Shown here: one piece after another, positions 25,977-36,476 of the stretch
Numbering within the stretch: the first letter of the stretch is position 1
How the letters are laid out: every line of letters starts with the position of its first letter
Assembly: GCA_964604875.1 (NCBI GenBank)
Contig: CAZSAC010000003.1
Coordinates: 1 to 57,390, forward strand
Direction: 5' to 3'
DNA from: an uncultured Bacteroidaceae bacterium
Lineage (GTDB): Bacteria; Bacillota; Clostridia; Christensenellales; CAG-917
DNA: 57,390 nt
The notes under the pieces: generated by a model
What the model was told of the DNA's origin: nothing
Databases searched by the model: none
Seen by the model: only the letters and a program-made list of their open reading frames with translations
Program-made: the position numbers and the translations under genes

Positions 25977-26760
25977 TGACCTTAAAAATTTCTCCTTTCT
26001 TGTCTTGCAAGGCAATTTCCACAAAAATGTCTTTTCCCTCGCACAGACCTGCCCTGTTGATGGTTTCAAGCACCGTGGAAAAAGCAAGCTCCGGATAATT
26101 GTTTTCCTCGCTCAAGTGCCCTAGTATAACGCGTTTTAGCCCGCAATCTATTAGCCTGGCAACAATAATTGATGCGCCGTCGTTTGATAAATGTCCGTTT
26201 GCGCCGCGTATTCGTTGCTTCAACCTTTGAGAGTACGCGCCCTTTATCAGCATTTCCATATCGTGGTTGGCCTCTAATAAAACCAACTGACAACCGGATA
26301 GGTTTGCAATAATCGCCTCGCTTATATGTCCTATATCCGTGGCAACGCCGATTTTTGACCCGTCGTTTGAAAAGGTGTAGCCAACCGAATATGCGCTGTC
26401 GTGAGGCGTCCTAAACGGGCGCACAAGAATATCTCCGATTGTAAAGCCCGCGTCAAAAAAATCCACGCTTTCAAAAGCTATCGCGCCTACCTTTCTGCAA
26501 ATTGATGCAAACGCTCTCTCGTGAGCGTAAACGGGCACGCCTCGTTCTGCCAAAGCCGACAGCCCCGATATGTGGTCTGCGTGCTCATGAGTAATCAAAA
26601 CTCCGTTTAAATCGCTTATTTCTATTTTGTTTTCCGCCAGTACTTCGGTAATACGTCTTATCCCGACGCCTGCGTCAACCAATAAATGCGTGGTTTCGCT
26701 GGCTATGTAGGTACAATTTCCGTGACTGCCACTGGCTATCGTTTGTATTATTAGTGACAT
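25969..26760 (-). CDS. MBL-fold metallo-hydrolase, YycJ/WalJ-like
   Basis: THEHADH motif, 263 aa, N-terminus SGSHGNCTYI, and conserved proximity to rlmH as in Bacillus. Confidence 0.75.
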   Translation of the reverse strand: MSLIIQTIASGSHGNCTYIASETTHLLVDAGVGIRRITEVLAENKIEISDLNGVLITHEHADHISGLSALAERGVPVYAHERAFASICRKVGAIAFESVDFFDAGFTIGDILVRPFRTPHDSAYSVGYTFSNDGSKIGVATDIGHISEAIIANLSGCQLVLLEANHDMEMLIKGAYSQRLKQRIRGANGHLSNDGASIIVARLIDCGLKRVILGHLSEENNYPELAFSTVLETINRAGLCEGKDIFVEIALQDKKGEIFKVNE

Positions 26761-26861
26761 TATGCCCTCGTGTGGAATTATTGTACTATACTTTTGTTGT
26801 CAATTCAAGCATAATTATGATATAATAACTTATAATTTAATTAAAAAAAGATGACAAAAAA

Positions 26862-27704
26862 ATGGTAAATATTCAAACTTCACGGATAAAATCTGCCGTA
26901 TCCAAAATGTTTTCGGAAATATGCACCCGCATAGATAGCCCCGTATTGCAGGCGATTAAGGCAACAACGCCCGCCAACGAGTTGGAAGCTTTTGCTTTGG
27001 AAATTATGACCGAGAACGCCGAAATTGCACAAAAAACCGACTGCGCCGTTTGTCAGGATACGGGAATGGCGGTCGTGTTTTTGGAAATCGGGCAAGACGT
27101 GCTTTTGGAAGGAGATTATGTCATCGACGCCGTAAACCAAGGGGTTGCCGAGGCGTATGTCGGCTTTAGAAAATCCGTACTTACCCCCCTTTCAAGAAAA
27201 AACACATCGGACAACACTCCCGCCGTTGTGCATACGTCTATAGTATCCGGAAACCAAGTCAAAATCAGCTGTATGGCAAAAGGGTTCGGCAGCGAAAATA
27301 TGTCTAGACTTTTTATGCTTGCCCCGTCGGCAGGCGTAAACGGTATCATTGAAAAGGTCGCCCAAACGGTAAGCGAGGCAGGCGGCTGTCCTTGTCCCCC
27401 GATTATCATAGGCGTCGGCATTGGCGGTACGATGGAAAAAGCGTCTATTATGAGCAAACACGCCCTACTGCGTCCAATCGACACCGAAAACGCTAATCCA
27501 ACCTTAAATATGCTTGAAAACGAAATCCTCGAAAAGGTCAACTCTCTAAATATCGGCGCTCAAGGCTTTGGCGGAAACGCAACCGCTCTTAAGGTGTTAA
27601 TCGAGGCATATCCAACGCATATTGCAGGGTTACCTGTCGCAATAAATATACAATGTCATTGTTCCCGCCACGCAGAAATGATTTTGGAGGGCGAAAATGA
27701 TTAA
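26862..27704 (+). CDS. Fe-S type hydro-lyase alpha subunit (class I fumarate hydratase/tartrate dehydratase family)
   Basis: CQDTGM cluster-ligand motif; 280 aa; overlaps the beta-subunit gene by 8 nt. Confidence 0.85.
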   Translation: MVNIQTSRIKSAVSKMFSEICTRIDSPVLQAIKATTPANELEAFALEIMTENAEIAQKTDCAVCQDTGMAVVFLEIGQDVLLEGDYVIDAVNQGVAEAYVGFRKSVLTPLSRKNTSDNTPAVVHTSIVSGNQVKISCMAKGFGSENMSRLFMLAPSAGVNGIIEKVAQTVSEAGGCPCPPIIIGVGIGGTMEKASIMSKHALLRPIDTENANPTLNMLENEILEKVNSLNIGAQGFGGNATALKVLIEAYPTHIAGLPVAINIQCHCSRHAEMILEGEND

Positions 27705-28239
27705 AATAAATTTACCGCTTACCCAAGACGTAATCCAAAATCTACACGCAGGCGATATTGTGGAAATTAACGGTTCAATTTATACCGCTCGCGACGCCGC
27801 GCATAAAAAGCTATACGAGCTTTTGCTTAAACAAGCGCCACTTCCCTTAGAGTTGTGCGATTGCGTGATTTATTATACAGGCGCAACGCCCGCCAAAACG
27901 GGGGAACCTATCGGAAGCTGCGGCCCGACAACCTCCTCCCGAATGGACAAATATACCCCGCTTATGCTACACAACGGGGTAAAAGGGATAATCGGTAAAG
28001 GCGGACGCAACGATGAAGTGGTAAACGCCATAAAAACCTATAAAGCGGTATATTTTGTCGCAATAGGCGGAGCGGGGGCATTTTATAAATCCGCCGTAAA
28101 ATCCTGTCGGCTTATCGCATTCCCCGAGCTACTCAGCGAAGCGGTTTATAAGCTTGAGGTAGAGGGCTTTAAGGTTGTGGTTGCCATAGACAGTTTTGGA
28201 GAAAACATTTTCCATAAAAACAATCACTCTGAAATTTAA
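27697..28239 (+). CDS. Fe-S type hydro-lyase beta subunit (class I fumarate hydratase family)
   Basis: 180 aa with GSIYTARDAAHKKL and GPTTSSRMD motifs typical of the FumA C-terminal domain. Confidence 0.85.
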   Translation: MIKINLPLTQDVIQNLHAGDIVEINGSIYTARDAAHKKLYELLLKQAPLPLELCDCVIYYTGATPAKTGEPIGSCGPTTSSRMDKYTPLMLHNGVKGIIGKGGRNDEVVNAIKTYKAVYFVAIGGAGAFYKSAVKSCRLIAFPELLSEAVYKLEVEGFKVVVAIDSFGENIFHKNNHSEI

Positions 28240-28294
28240 ATTTCTATTTAAAAAACGCCCTGTCAGCGAGAGCGTTTATCTTCAAATAGGCTTT

Positions 28295-30121
28295 CTAACT
28301 CTTTTTAAATATGCCGAAAAATTCCGGCTCAATTACAACCTCACCCTGATACGGCACGTATTTTATAAGTTCGGTATAAAACGAATTGAAGCAAAGGCGT
28401 TTTTCGTACTGTGTAGGATTTATTATGCAGATAAGCTCCTCATTATCGTAGTTATACCACCGATACGCAAGCAAACCTTCAATATCCAAAAATTCAAACT
28501 CCGCCGAAAACAGCGCCCTGTTTGCCTTTCTGATTCTGCCCAGCTTCTGGTAGTGAACGTGGATTTCTTCATTTATCCTGTTCCACGGAAACGTTTTGCG
28601 GTTTATAGGGTCTTCATATCCCTCAATTCCTGCCTCGTCGCCATAGTAAATTGAAGGAATACCCGGCAAGGTAAATTGTAAAAAAGAGGCAAGCTTCAAA
28701 CGTTTTACCGCCAAGTTAAACTCCGACTCGTCCAAAATAAACTTAGATTTAAACAGCTTGCTCTGCCCGCGTAAATCTACCCCTGACAACGCGTTTATAA
28801 TCCGCACCGTGTCGTGCGTGCCGATAATGTTCATCAAGCATTGTACGCTTTCTTTGGGATAGTTTTCCAAAATTGTCATAATCCTATTTCTAAACTTGCG
28901 TGCGTCACGGTCGTATACATACTCGATAATCGCGTTTTTAAAAGGATAATTCATAACGCCGTCCAGCTGTTTTCCCAAAAGATAGGGGCGTAATTCGTCA
29001 TAGCTTACCTTTGTGGACGCGTCTTCCCAAACCTCTCCGATAATCAACGCGTTGGGGTTTATGCTTTTTATTGTCTTGCATAAAGCGTTAGTAAAATCAA
29101 TCGGAAGCTCATCTACGACGTCCAACCGCCAACCCTTGACGCCAAAGGACATCCATTTTGCAATAACACCCTTCTTTCCGAAAATCAACTCTCGGTAGTG
29201 AGGGTTGGATTTGTTGAGAGTAGGCACGTTTCTGCACCCCCACCAACAAGCGTAATCGTCGGGGAATTTTTTAAAGTAATACCAATCGTGGTATGGCGAC
29301 TTTTGTGATTGAAACGCGCCTAAGCTTTTGTATTTTGAAAACTTGTTAAAGTATATGCTGTCTGCTCCGCTGTGGTTGAAAACGCCGTCAAGGATAATGG
29401 AAATCCCAAGCTTAGACGCCTTTTCAATCAAATTGGAAAAATCTTCTTCCGTCCCCAAAAGCTCATCAATATGAAGATAGTCACCCGTATCGTATCTATG
29501 ATTGGAAAAGGCCTTAAAAATTGGTGAAAGATATAATATAGAAACCCCTAAATCGGCAAGGTACGGCAACTTCTCCGTTATGCCGTTTAGGTTGCCACCG
29601 AAAAAGTCGTCCGCCCTATATTTACCGTCGTCGTCAATTATAACAGGCGTTTCGTCCCACGAGGAATGAAGGCGATAATTTCTTGCGGTTTTAATGTGTC
29701 CCGAGCGATTAAACCTATCAACAAAAATATGATAAATAACTCCGCCTTTTGCAAAATTCGGGGTTTTATAATCAGAATCGTATACGGTAAGTTGCCATTC
29801 GGGCAGATTGTGTCCGCAGACTGCGCTTCTAAATTCGTCCCGCCCATAATACCATACGCCGTCGTTGTTGCGCATCTCAAAGCGATAATAATATATGCCG
29901 ACTGACGGACACTTAATGGATACCTCGTATATATTATCACCGTTTTGGGTGTCTACCCACGTCATAGGAAAATATGTGCTGGACATATCCTTTCGCAAAA
30001 CAAAATACACCTCATTTATCGGAACCCACGCCCCGAAAGGAAAACGGAAAGTGACGGGTTGCCCCGTCTTTACCGCCCCAAACGGCGTTTTAAATGAGGT
30101 GTCTTGCGAATTATAATTCAT
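28295..30121 (-). CDS. GH13 alpha-glucan hydrolase (neopullulanase/alpha-amylase family) with an N-terminal Ig-like domain
   Basis: GH13 conserved regions DGVFNHSG, GWRLDVVDE, GEVWED and GTHDTVR. It starts 1 nt after the glgP stop. Confidence 0.85.
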   Translation of the reverse strand: MNYNSQDTSFKTPFGAVKTGQPVTFRFPFGAWVPINEVYFVLRKDMSSTYFPMTWVDTQNGDNIYEVSIKCPSVGIYYYRFEMRNNDGVWYYGRDEFRSAVCGHNLPEWQLTVYDSDYKTPNFAKGGVIYHIFVDRFNRSGHIKTARNYRLHSSWDETPVIIDDDGKYRADDFFGGNLNGITEKLPYLADLGVSILYLSPIFKAFSNHRYDTGDYLHIDELLGTEEDFSNLIEKASKLGISIILDGVFNHSGADSIYFNKFSKYKSLGAFQSQKSPYHDWYYFKKFPDDYACWWGCRNVPTLNKSNPHYRELIFGKKGVIAKWMSFGVKGWRLDVVDELPIDFTNALCKTIKSINPNALIIGEVWEDASTKVSYDELRPYLLGKQLDGVMNYPFKNAIIEYVYDRDARKFRNRIMTILENYPKESVQCLMNIIGTHDTVRIINALSGVDLRGQSKLFKSKFILDESEFNLAVKRLKLASFLQFTLPGIPSIYYGDEAGIEGYEDPINRKTFPWNRINEEIHVHYQKLGRIRKANRALFSAEFEFLDIEGLLAYRWYNYDNEELICIINPTQYEKRLCFNSFYTELIKYVPYQGEVVIEPEFFGIFKKS

Positions 30122-30122
30122 C

Positions 30123-32555
30123 TTAGTTTATCGGTTTTACGTCCCAAATCCTTTTTGCGTATTCCGTCACAGAACGGTCAGAACTAAAGAACCCTGCGTT
30201 CGCTATATTTTTAAGTGACATTTTGTTAAATTTAGTTGAATCGGCATATACGTCGTTGACCTTTTGTTGAGCTTTTACATAGCTGTCAAAGTCCGCCAAA
30301 ACCATATACGGGTCAGCAATTCCGCTGTTGCCCAAAACAAGACTGTCTGCAATTTCGGTAAATCTAACGTCGCCGATACCCGTACGCAGAGCGTCGATTA
30401 TGCGTTTGATTCTATAATCTGCCGAATAATACCTCGACGCGTTATAACCGTTTTTATACAGGGCGTTGACCTCTTCGGTTAGCAAGCCGAAAATGAAAAT
30501 GTTTTCTGCCCCGACCGCCTCGTGTATTTCCACGTTTGCGCCGTCCATCGTACCTATTGTCACCGCGCCGTTTAACATAAATTTCATATTGCCCGTGCCA
30601 GACGCCTCTTTTCCCGCAATAGAAATCTGCTCGGAAATGTCTGCCGCAGGTATCATAAGCTCCGCCAAGGTAACACGATAGTTTTCTAAAAATACAACCT
30701 TAATTTTGTCGTTTATGGTTTTGTCGTTGTTGATAATTTCGCCCATTTGCCAAATTAAACGGATAATTTGCTTTGCCATAAAATAGCTTGACGCCGCTTT
30801 TGCGCCAAATATAAACGTGCGTGGCTGAATATCCAAATTCGGGTTTTCCTTTAAGCGGTAATATAAGTCCAATATATTGAATGCGTTTAAAAGCTGACGC
30901 TTATATTCGTGCAGACGTTTGGCTTGACAATCAAAGATTGAATTTGGATTGACAATAATATTTGTTGTGCTTTTAATATAATCCGCCAAGCGAAGTTTGT
31001 TTTTAAATTTGACCTTGCCCAGTTGCTCTAATACGGTTTTGTCTGTTGCAAATTTTTCAAACTTTTTAAGCTCGGACGCGTCCTTTATCCAACCCTTTCC
31101 GATAGTATCGTACAACAACCCCGTCAACGCTGGATTAGCCTGTTGAAGCCATCTGCGGTGAGTGATACCGTTGGTTACGTTGGTAAACTTTGTTGGGTGC
31201 ATTTGATAATAGTCGCGGAAAATATCCTTTTTTAATATATCGCTGTGCAACGCCGATACGCCGTTTATGGTATGCGACGCAACCAAGCATAGCGTTGCCA
31301 TTTTGATTTGGTTATGCTCCAGAATTGCGTTTTCGGCAACCTTGCTGTGATTGTTTGGATAAACCTGCCATAGCTCGTCGCAAAAACGGCGGTTAATTTC
31401 ACACACTATTTGGAAAATCCTTGGCAATAAGGTGGAGAAAAGCTGTTGAGGCCAACACTCCAAAGCCTCCGCCATTACGGTATGATTGGTGTAGCTTATC
31501 GTATTTTTTGTAATCTCCCACGCCTTATCCCAGCTATAGCCATAATCGTCCAACAAAATGCGCATAAGCTCGGGGATACATAGTGTCGGGTGCGTGTCAT
31601 TTATATGAATTGATGCGTGATCGGCAAGATTATCCAAATTCGGATTGGTTTGAAGATGCCTTTTTATAATGGATTGAATAGACGCCGATACAAAGAAATA
31701 TTGCTGTTTGAGCCTTAGTGATTTGCCCTCAAAATGGTCGTCTGCGGGATATAAAACCTTGGAAATACTTTCCGCCATCATCTTGCTTTCCATCGCTTTG
31801 ACGTACTCGCCCTTGCTGAACAACGCCATATCGAAATCGCTTGACGCCTTGCTTGACCAAAGACGCAGACGATTTACAGTATCGGGCTTAATCCCGCTTA
31901 TGTTCATATCGTACGGTACAGCCAAAACGGTGGTATAATCCTTATGCTCAACGCATAAACCGCCCTCTCGCCAATACTCCTTCACGGTGCCACCGAAACG
32001 TATTTCAAAGGTATCCTCTACACGGGGTTGCAACCATACAGACCCGTTTGTAAGCCAGTCGTCGGGTTGCTCAAGCTGAACACCGTCAACAATTTTCTGC
32101 TTGAAAATGCCATAGTCGTACATAATCGAAAAACCGCTTGCCACATACCCTAGCGACGTCAAGCTTTCCAAATATGCCGCGGCAAGCCTTCCGAGACCGC
32201 CGTTTCCCAAGCCGGCGTCAGGCTCGATTGCGAACATTTCTTCCATATCAAAGCCCATTTCCGTCACGGCTTTGAGCATTTTATCTTCAAGTCCCATATT
32301 GAAAAGATGATTTTTCAATGACCTGCCAAGCAGAAACTCCATCGACATATAGTAAACGTGCTTAGCGTTAACATCATCGCGAACTTTTCTTTTGAAGCCT
32401 ACCCTCGTTTGCGTCAACATATTGCGTATTACGATGCAAACAGCTTGATACATTTGATTTTTGGACGCTTCTTCAATTTTGACGCCCGAATATCTCGCAA
32501 CCGTTTCAGAGATAAGCTCCTTAAGGTCGTTTGAGGAAATTTTTGTATAATCCAT
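30123..32555 (-). CDS. glgP: Glycogen/maltodextrin phosphorylase
   Basis: 810 aa; PLP-lysine motif EASGTGNMKFMLNGA. Confidence 0.95.
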   Translation of the reverse strand: MDYTKISSNDLKELISETVARYSGVKIEEASKNQMYQAVCIVIRNMLTQTRVGFKRKVRDDVNAKHVYYMSMEFLLGRSLKNHLFNMGLEDKMLKAVTEMGFDMEEMFAIEPDAGLGNGGLGRLAAAYLESLTSLGYVASGFSIMYDYGIFKQKIVDGVQLEQPDDWLTNGSVWLQPRVEDTFEIRFGGTVKEYWREGGLCVEHKDYTTVLAVPYDMNISGIKPDTVNRLRLWSSKASSDFDMALFSKGEYVKAMESKMMAESISKVLYPADDHFEGKSLRLKQQYFFVSASIQSIIKRHLQTNPNLDNLADHASIHINDTHPTLCIPELMRILLDDYGYSWDKAWEITKNTISYTNHTVMAEALECWPQQLFSTLLPRIFQIVCEINRRFCDELWQVYPNNHSKVAENAILEHNQIKMATLCLVASHTINGVSALHSDILKKDIFRDYYQMHPTKFTNVTNGITHRRWLQQANPALTGLLYDTIGKGWIKDASELKKFEKFATDKTVLEQLGKVKFKNKLRLADYIKSTTNIIVNPNSIFDCQAKRLHEYKRQLLNAFNILDLYYRLKENPNLDIQPRTFIFGAKAASSYFMAKQIIRLIWQMGEIINNDKTINDKIKVVFLENYRVTLAELMIPAADISEQISIAGKEASGTGNMKFMLNGAVTIGTMDGANVEIHEAVGAENIFIFGLLTEEVNALYKNGYNASRYYSADYRIKRIIDALRTGIGDVRFTEIADSLVLGNSGIADPYMVLADFDSYVKAQQKVNDVYADSTKFNKMSLKNIANAGFFSSDRSVTEYAKRIWDVKPIN

Positions 32556-32640
32556 TAATTGCTCCTAGCTGAGGAATATCCTCTTTTTCGTATGTAGTAA
32601 ATCAAAATGCAAAATAATGATTTTCTTTGATAATATATCA

Positions 32641-32682
32641 CAAAACCCGTCTTTTTACAACTGTTTGAAGACGGGCTTTTTT
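32641..32682 (-). terminator. Stem-loop between glgA and glgP (partial terminator/processing site)
   Basis: The minus strand reads CCCGTCTT-14 nt-AAGACGGG followed by TTTTGTGATATATTAT. The U-tract is only moderate. Confidence 0.45.
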
Positions 32683-32686
32683 GGTA

Positions 32687-34111
32687 TTATTTAAGAAGTT
32701 CTTTATAAATTTCGTCGTACTCTTTTGCGCTGGCTGTCCAACTAAAGTCAGACTTCATCGCGTTAGCGCGCACCGCTTCCCATAGGGTTTGGTCAAAATA
32801 TGCGCCAAGCGACCGCCAGATAGCGTCAAGCATATCATAGGCTTGATACGCCTTAAAGGTAAAGCCTGTGCCTTTTTTGGTGACGGGGTTAAACGCCTCG
32901 ACCGTGTCTTTTAAGCCGCCTGTGTCCCTAACAATAGGCACAGTTCCGTAGCGCATAGCAATCATTTGCCCCAGCCCGCACGGCTCAAACTTAGAGGGCA
33001 TTAAAAACATATCGGCAGCGGCGTAAATCTTTGATGCCAAATCCGAATTAAAGTTTATAATTGCGCGCATTTTACTGCTATAGCGTTTTTCACAGTTTTT
33101 CAAAAGCGTCTCGTATTTCCAATCGCCCTTGCCCAAAACCACAAACTGAATATCTGCCGCCAGCATTTCGTCAAGTATGGAGGCAACCAAATCCAAGCCC
33201 TTTTGCTCCGTCAAGCGGGTTATCATTGCGATAAGAGGACGCTCGGGCGAATATGGTAAATCCAAAAGCTCGCATAGGTTTTCTTTGTTGACAGTCTTTT
33301 TCTTTATGGTTTTCAGGGTATAGTTTTGCGCAATATTAGGGTCTTTCTGCGGATTGTATCTTTCTGTATCAATGCCGTTGACAACGCCCTTAATTTTATA
33401 TTCCCTTTGTGTCAATATACCGCTTAAGCCGTACGCAAAGAAGGGGTCTTTAAGCTCGGTTGCATAGGTTTTGGAAACCGTGGTAACCAAGTTTGCGCTT
33501 TCGATACCGCCTTTCATATAGTTGACAACGTCATCGCATTCCACAATGCTTTCTCTGCCTGCGGGAATGCCTAAAATATCGCCCATTAAGAAGCGGTCGT
33601 ATTTGCCCTGAAACTCAATATTATGTATGGTAAACACTGTTTTTGCGTTCGCATAGCCCTCAACGCCACGATAGAATATATCCAAGAAAACGGGAACCAA
33701 CGCGGTATGCCAATCGTTTGCGTGGATAATTTGCGGATAGAAGCCCGTTATACTTGCGCACTCTAAAACCGCCTTGCTGAAAAAGGCAAAACGTTCTCCG
33801 TCGTCAAAATGCCCGTATAACCCCTTTCTCCCAAAATAATATTCGTTGTCGATAAAATAATACACCACGCCGTCATAGGTGTATTCAAAAACTCCGCAGT
33901 ATTGACGTCTCCAGCTTAAATCCACAAAAGTCGAACCCAAAAACCGCATCGTTTGTCGAAATTCCGACGGAATCTCTTCATAAAGTGGAAGTATAACTCG
34001 GCAATCGTTGCCCAAACTGCACAATGATTTTGGCAACGCGCCCGCCACGTCTCCCAAACCGCCTGTTCTGATAAACGGAGCTGCCTCCGACGCTGCAAAT
34101 AGTATCTTCAT
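32687..34111 (-). CDS. glgA: Glycogen synthase (ADP-glucose type)
   Basis: MKILFAASEAAPFIRTGGLGDV N-terminus; 474 aa. Confidence 0.95.
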   Translation of the reverse strand: MKILFAASEAAPFIRTGGLGDVAGALPKSLCSLGNDCRVILPLYEEIPSEFRQTMRFLGSTFVDLSWRRQYCGVFEYTYDGVVYYFIDNEYYFGRKGLYGHFDDGERFAFFSKAVLECASITGFYPQIIHANDWHTALVPVFLDIFYRGVEGYANAKTVFTIHNIEFQGKYDRFLMGDILGIPAGRESIVECDDVVNYMKGGIESANLVTTVSKTYATELKDPFFAYGLSGILTQREYKIKGVVNGIDTERYNPQKDPNIAQNYTLKTIKKKTVNKENLCELLDLPYSPERPLIAMITRLTEQKGLDLVASILDEMLAADIQFVVLGKGDWKYETLLKNCEKRYSSKMRAIINFNSDLASKIYAAADMFLMPSKFEPCGLGQMIAMRYGTVPIVRDTGGLKDTVEAFNPVTKKGTGFTFKAYQAYDMLDAIWRSLGAYFDQTLWEAVRANAMKSDFSWTASAKEYDEIYKELLK

Positions 34112-34154
34112 ATAATCCTCCTAGTTTTAAAACCGTAACGACTTAGTTGTCAAA

Positions 34155-35273
34155 CTAAACAACCTTGTCCTTTACAATTACTATCGGATATGTTTCATAT
34201 CCCGATAAATGTCTTTCAGGTTGAATCACAACATTTTTGTCAGAAATTGTATATTTAATTTTAGCCTTTTCACCAATAACGCCTTTTTCCATAATAATGG
34301 AATTGCTGACTACCGCGCCCTTTTCAACTTTTACGCCACGGAACAAGATGCTGTTTTCCACGGTGCCGTTGATTTCGCATCCGTCGGCGATAAGGCTGTT
34401 GCTGACTTTAGCGTCCTCTAAATATCTTGTCGGAACGCTGTCTTTAACCTTTGTGAAAATTGTGCTGTCGCCATAGAATAGATTTTGCCGTATATCCGCG
34501 TCCAAAAGCTCCATACTGTGCTTATAGTAGCTTGGGACATCGTCTATGGTGGCAGAATAACCCGTAATCTCTTTTGCGTATATTTTAAGCTCGGATAGCT
34601 GCTTTAATAAAATATCCTTTTCAAAATCCACAAAACCTCTTGCGTAAGCATTTTCTACAAGGTCAATCAGCAAATCCTTTTTAACCACATAGATTTGCAA
34701 GTTTACCAGTTGCTCCTCTTTTGAGCTTACCACGGCGAAACGCATATCCGTAACTCTGCCGACATCGTTCATCGTAATAAGATTTTTGCGCGGATTTATT
34801 TCTTTCGTGCGCTGAACAAGCATCGTAATATGGCTTCCTTTGTCGATATGTTCGTCAATGATTTCCTCTATGTCGATATTGCAGACCACGTTGGTGTTTG
34901 CCAAAACCACATATTCCGCCTTCTTTTGGTCGGTCATAAAGCTTCTTAATCCGTATAACGCTTCAACCTTCCCTTTGTATAAATCCCTGACGGTGTTAAG
35001 CACATACGGCGGGAAAACCATTATTCCGCTGTTTTTTCGGTTCAAATTCCAATCGCGCCCCATACGGATATGGTCCATTAAGGAATTATAGTTGTTTCTT
35101 GTGACAATGCCTATGGTGGTTATACCACTGTTTGCCAAATTTGACAAAGCAAAATCAATCAAGCGGTACCTTCCGCCGTACGGCAACGAGGCGCTTGTAC
35201 GGCAAATAGTCAGTTCATTCATATGCATTTCATTATCGCTGGCGAAAAGAATGCTCATAGCGTTATTAATCAT
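34155..35273 (-). CDS. glgD: Glucose-1-phosphate adenylyltransferase, GlgD regulatory subunit
   Basis: Paralog of GlgC that lacks the GGxGxRL motif, with a left-handed beta-helix C-terminus and a position between glgC and glgA. Confidence 0.85.
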   Translation of the reverse strand: MINNAMSILFASDNEMHMNELTICRTSASLPYGGRYRLIDFALSNLANSGITTIGIVTRNNYNSLMDHIRMGRDWNLNRKNSGIMVFPPYVLNTVRDLYKGKVEALYGLRSFMTDQKKAEYVVLANTNVVCNIDIEEIIDEHIDKGSHITMLVQRTKEINPRKNLITMNDVGRVTDMRFAVVSSKEEQLVNLQIYVVKKDLLIDLVENAYARGFVDFEKDILLKQLSELKIYAKEITGYSATIDDVPSYYKHSMELLDADIRQNLFYGDSTIFTKVKDSVPTRYLEDAKVSNSLIADGCEINGTVENSILFRGVKVEKGAVVSNSIIMEKGVIGEKAKIKYTISDKNVVIQPERHLSGYETYPIVIVKDKVV

Positions 35274-35276
35274 AGC

Positions 35277-36476
35277 TTATTTACCTCCTATCATTTCGCC
35301 GGCGGCGATTTTTGCGCCCTCGGGTATGGTCACTTCAGGCCCAATAACAGAAATTTTCCATTCTCCGTTTTCGGCTTCTTTCAATATTTCACCAACCACC
35401 GCGTCCTTGCCGATGACAGCTTTCCAGCCGACTATAGCGTATTGCACAACGGCGCCCGGCTCGATAACCGCGCCCGGCATTAAAATACTGTCAATGATTT
35501 TACTGCCTTTCCCAACCTTACAGCTAGTGGACACAACCGAATTTCTGATTTCTCCGTCAACAAACGTGCCTTCGGAAACTATGCTGTTTACCGTTGTTGC
35601 GTTTGAACCCACAAACTGCGGAGGCTCCGCGCTGTTTCTCGCATAGATTTTCCAACTGCGGTCGTTTAAATTTAAGCCCGAGCTTTCGTTAAGTATATCC
35701 ATATTCGCTTCCCACAAACTTGAGATTGTGCCAACGTCTTTCCAATAGTCGTCGAACTCATAGCTGAACATTCTTTGCTTGTCTGCAAGCATTGACGGAA
35801 TAATATCCTTTCCAAAGTCGTTGCTGCTGGATTTGTTATTTTCATCGCTAATTAAATACTCACGAAGCTTGCTCCAGGTAAAAACGTAAATGCCCATTGA
35901 AGCCTTGTTGGACTTTGGTTTTTTGGGTTTTTCTTCAAAATCTACAATCTCGTTTTTGTCGTTGGCAAGCATAATCCCAAAACGGCTTGCCTCTTCAATC
36001 GGAACAGAGCGAACGGCTATTGTGCAATCGGCTTTATTTTCCTTATGCGCGTCGAGCATTTTATCATAATCCATTTTATAGATATGGTCACCCGACAGTA
36101 AAAGTACATAATCAGGGTTATATCTGTCGATAAAGTCTATGTTTTGAAAAATAGCATTTGCGGTGCCCTTATACCACTCACCTGATTTGGCGCGCATAAA
36201 CGGCGGTAAAACAAAAATTCCGCCTGTCAGTCTGTCTAAATCCCAGGGTTGTCCGTTTCCTATGTATTCGTGCAATTCAAAGGGACGATACTGCGTTAAA
36301 ACTCCGATAGTATCTATGCCCGAATTTATGCAGTTGGAAAGCGGAAAATCGATTATACGATATTTCCCTCCAAACGGCACTGCGGGTTTAGCCACGTTTT
36401 CCGTCAATACTCCAAGCCTTGTCCCTTGCCCTCCTGCCAGTAGCATTGCAACGCACTCTTTTTTGATTTGTTGCAT
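35277..36476 (-). CDS. glgC: Glucose-1-phosphate adenylyltransferase
   Basis: [13 protein letters not shown] motif; 399 aa; abuts the glgB stop. Confidence 0.93.
   Translation of the reverse strand: MQQIKKECVAMLLAGGQGTRLGVLTENVAKPAVPFGGKYRIIDFPLSNCINSGIDTIGVLTQYRPFELHEYIGNGQPWDLDRLTGGIFVLPPFMRAKSGEWYKGTANAIFQNIDFIDRYNPDYVLLLSGDHIYKMDYDKMLDAHKENKADCTIAVRSVPIEEASRFGIMLANDKNEIVDFEEKPKKPKSNKASMGIYVFTWSKLREYLISDENNKSSSNDFGKDIIPSMLADKQRMFSYEFDDYWKDVGTISSLWEANMDILNESSGLNLNDRSWKIYARNSAEPPQFVGSNATTVNSIVSEGTFVDGEIRNSVVSTSCKVGKGSKIIDSILMPGAVIEPGAVVQYAIVGWKAVIGKDAVVGEILKEAENGEWKISVIGPEVTIPEGAKIAAGEMIGGK

Noticed and set aside
35092-35646. 184-aa ORF antisense across the glgD/glgC junction (similar cases at 17207-17707, 28196-28654 and 19511-19897)
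   Set aside because: All lie antisense to confidently identified genes, have low-complexity or hydrophobic translations, and lack ribosome-binding sites.
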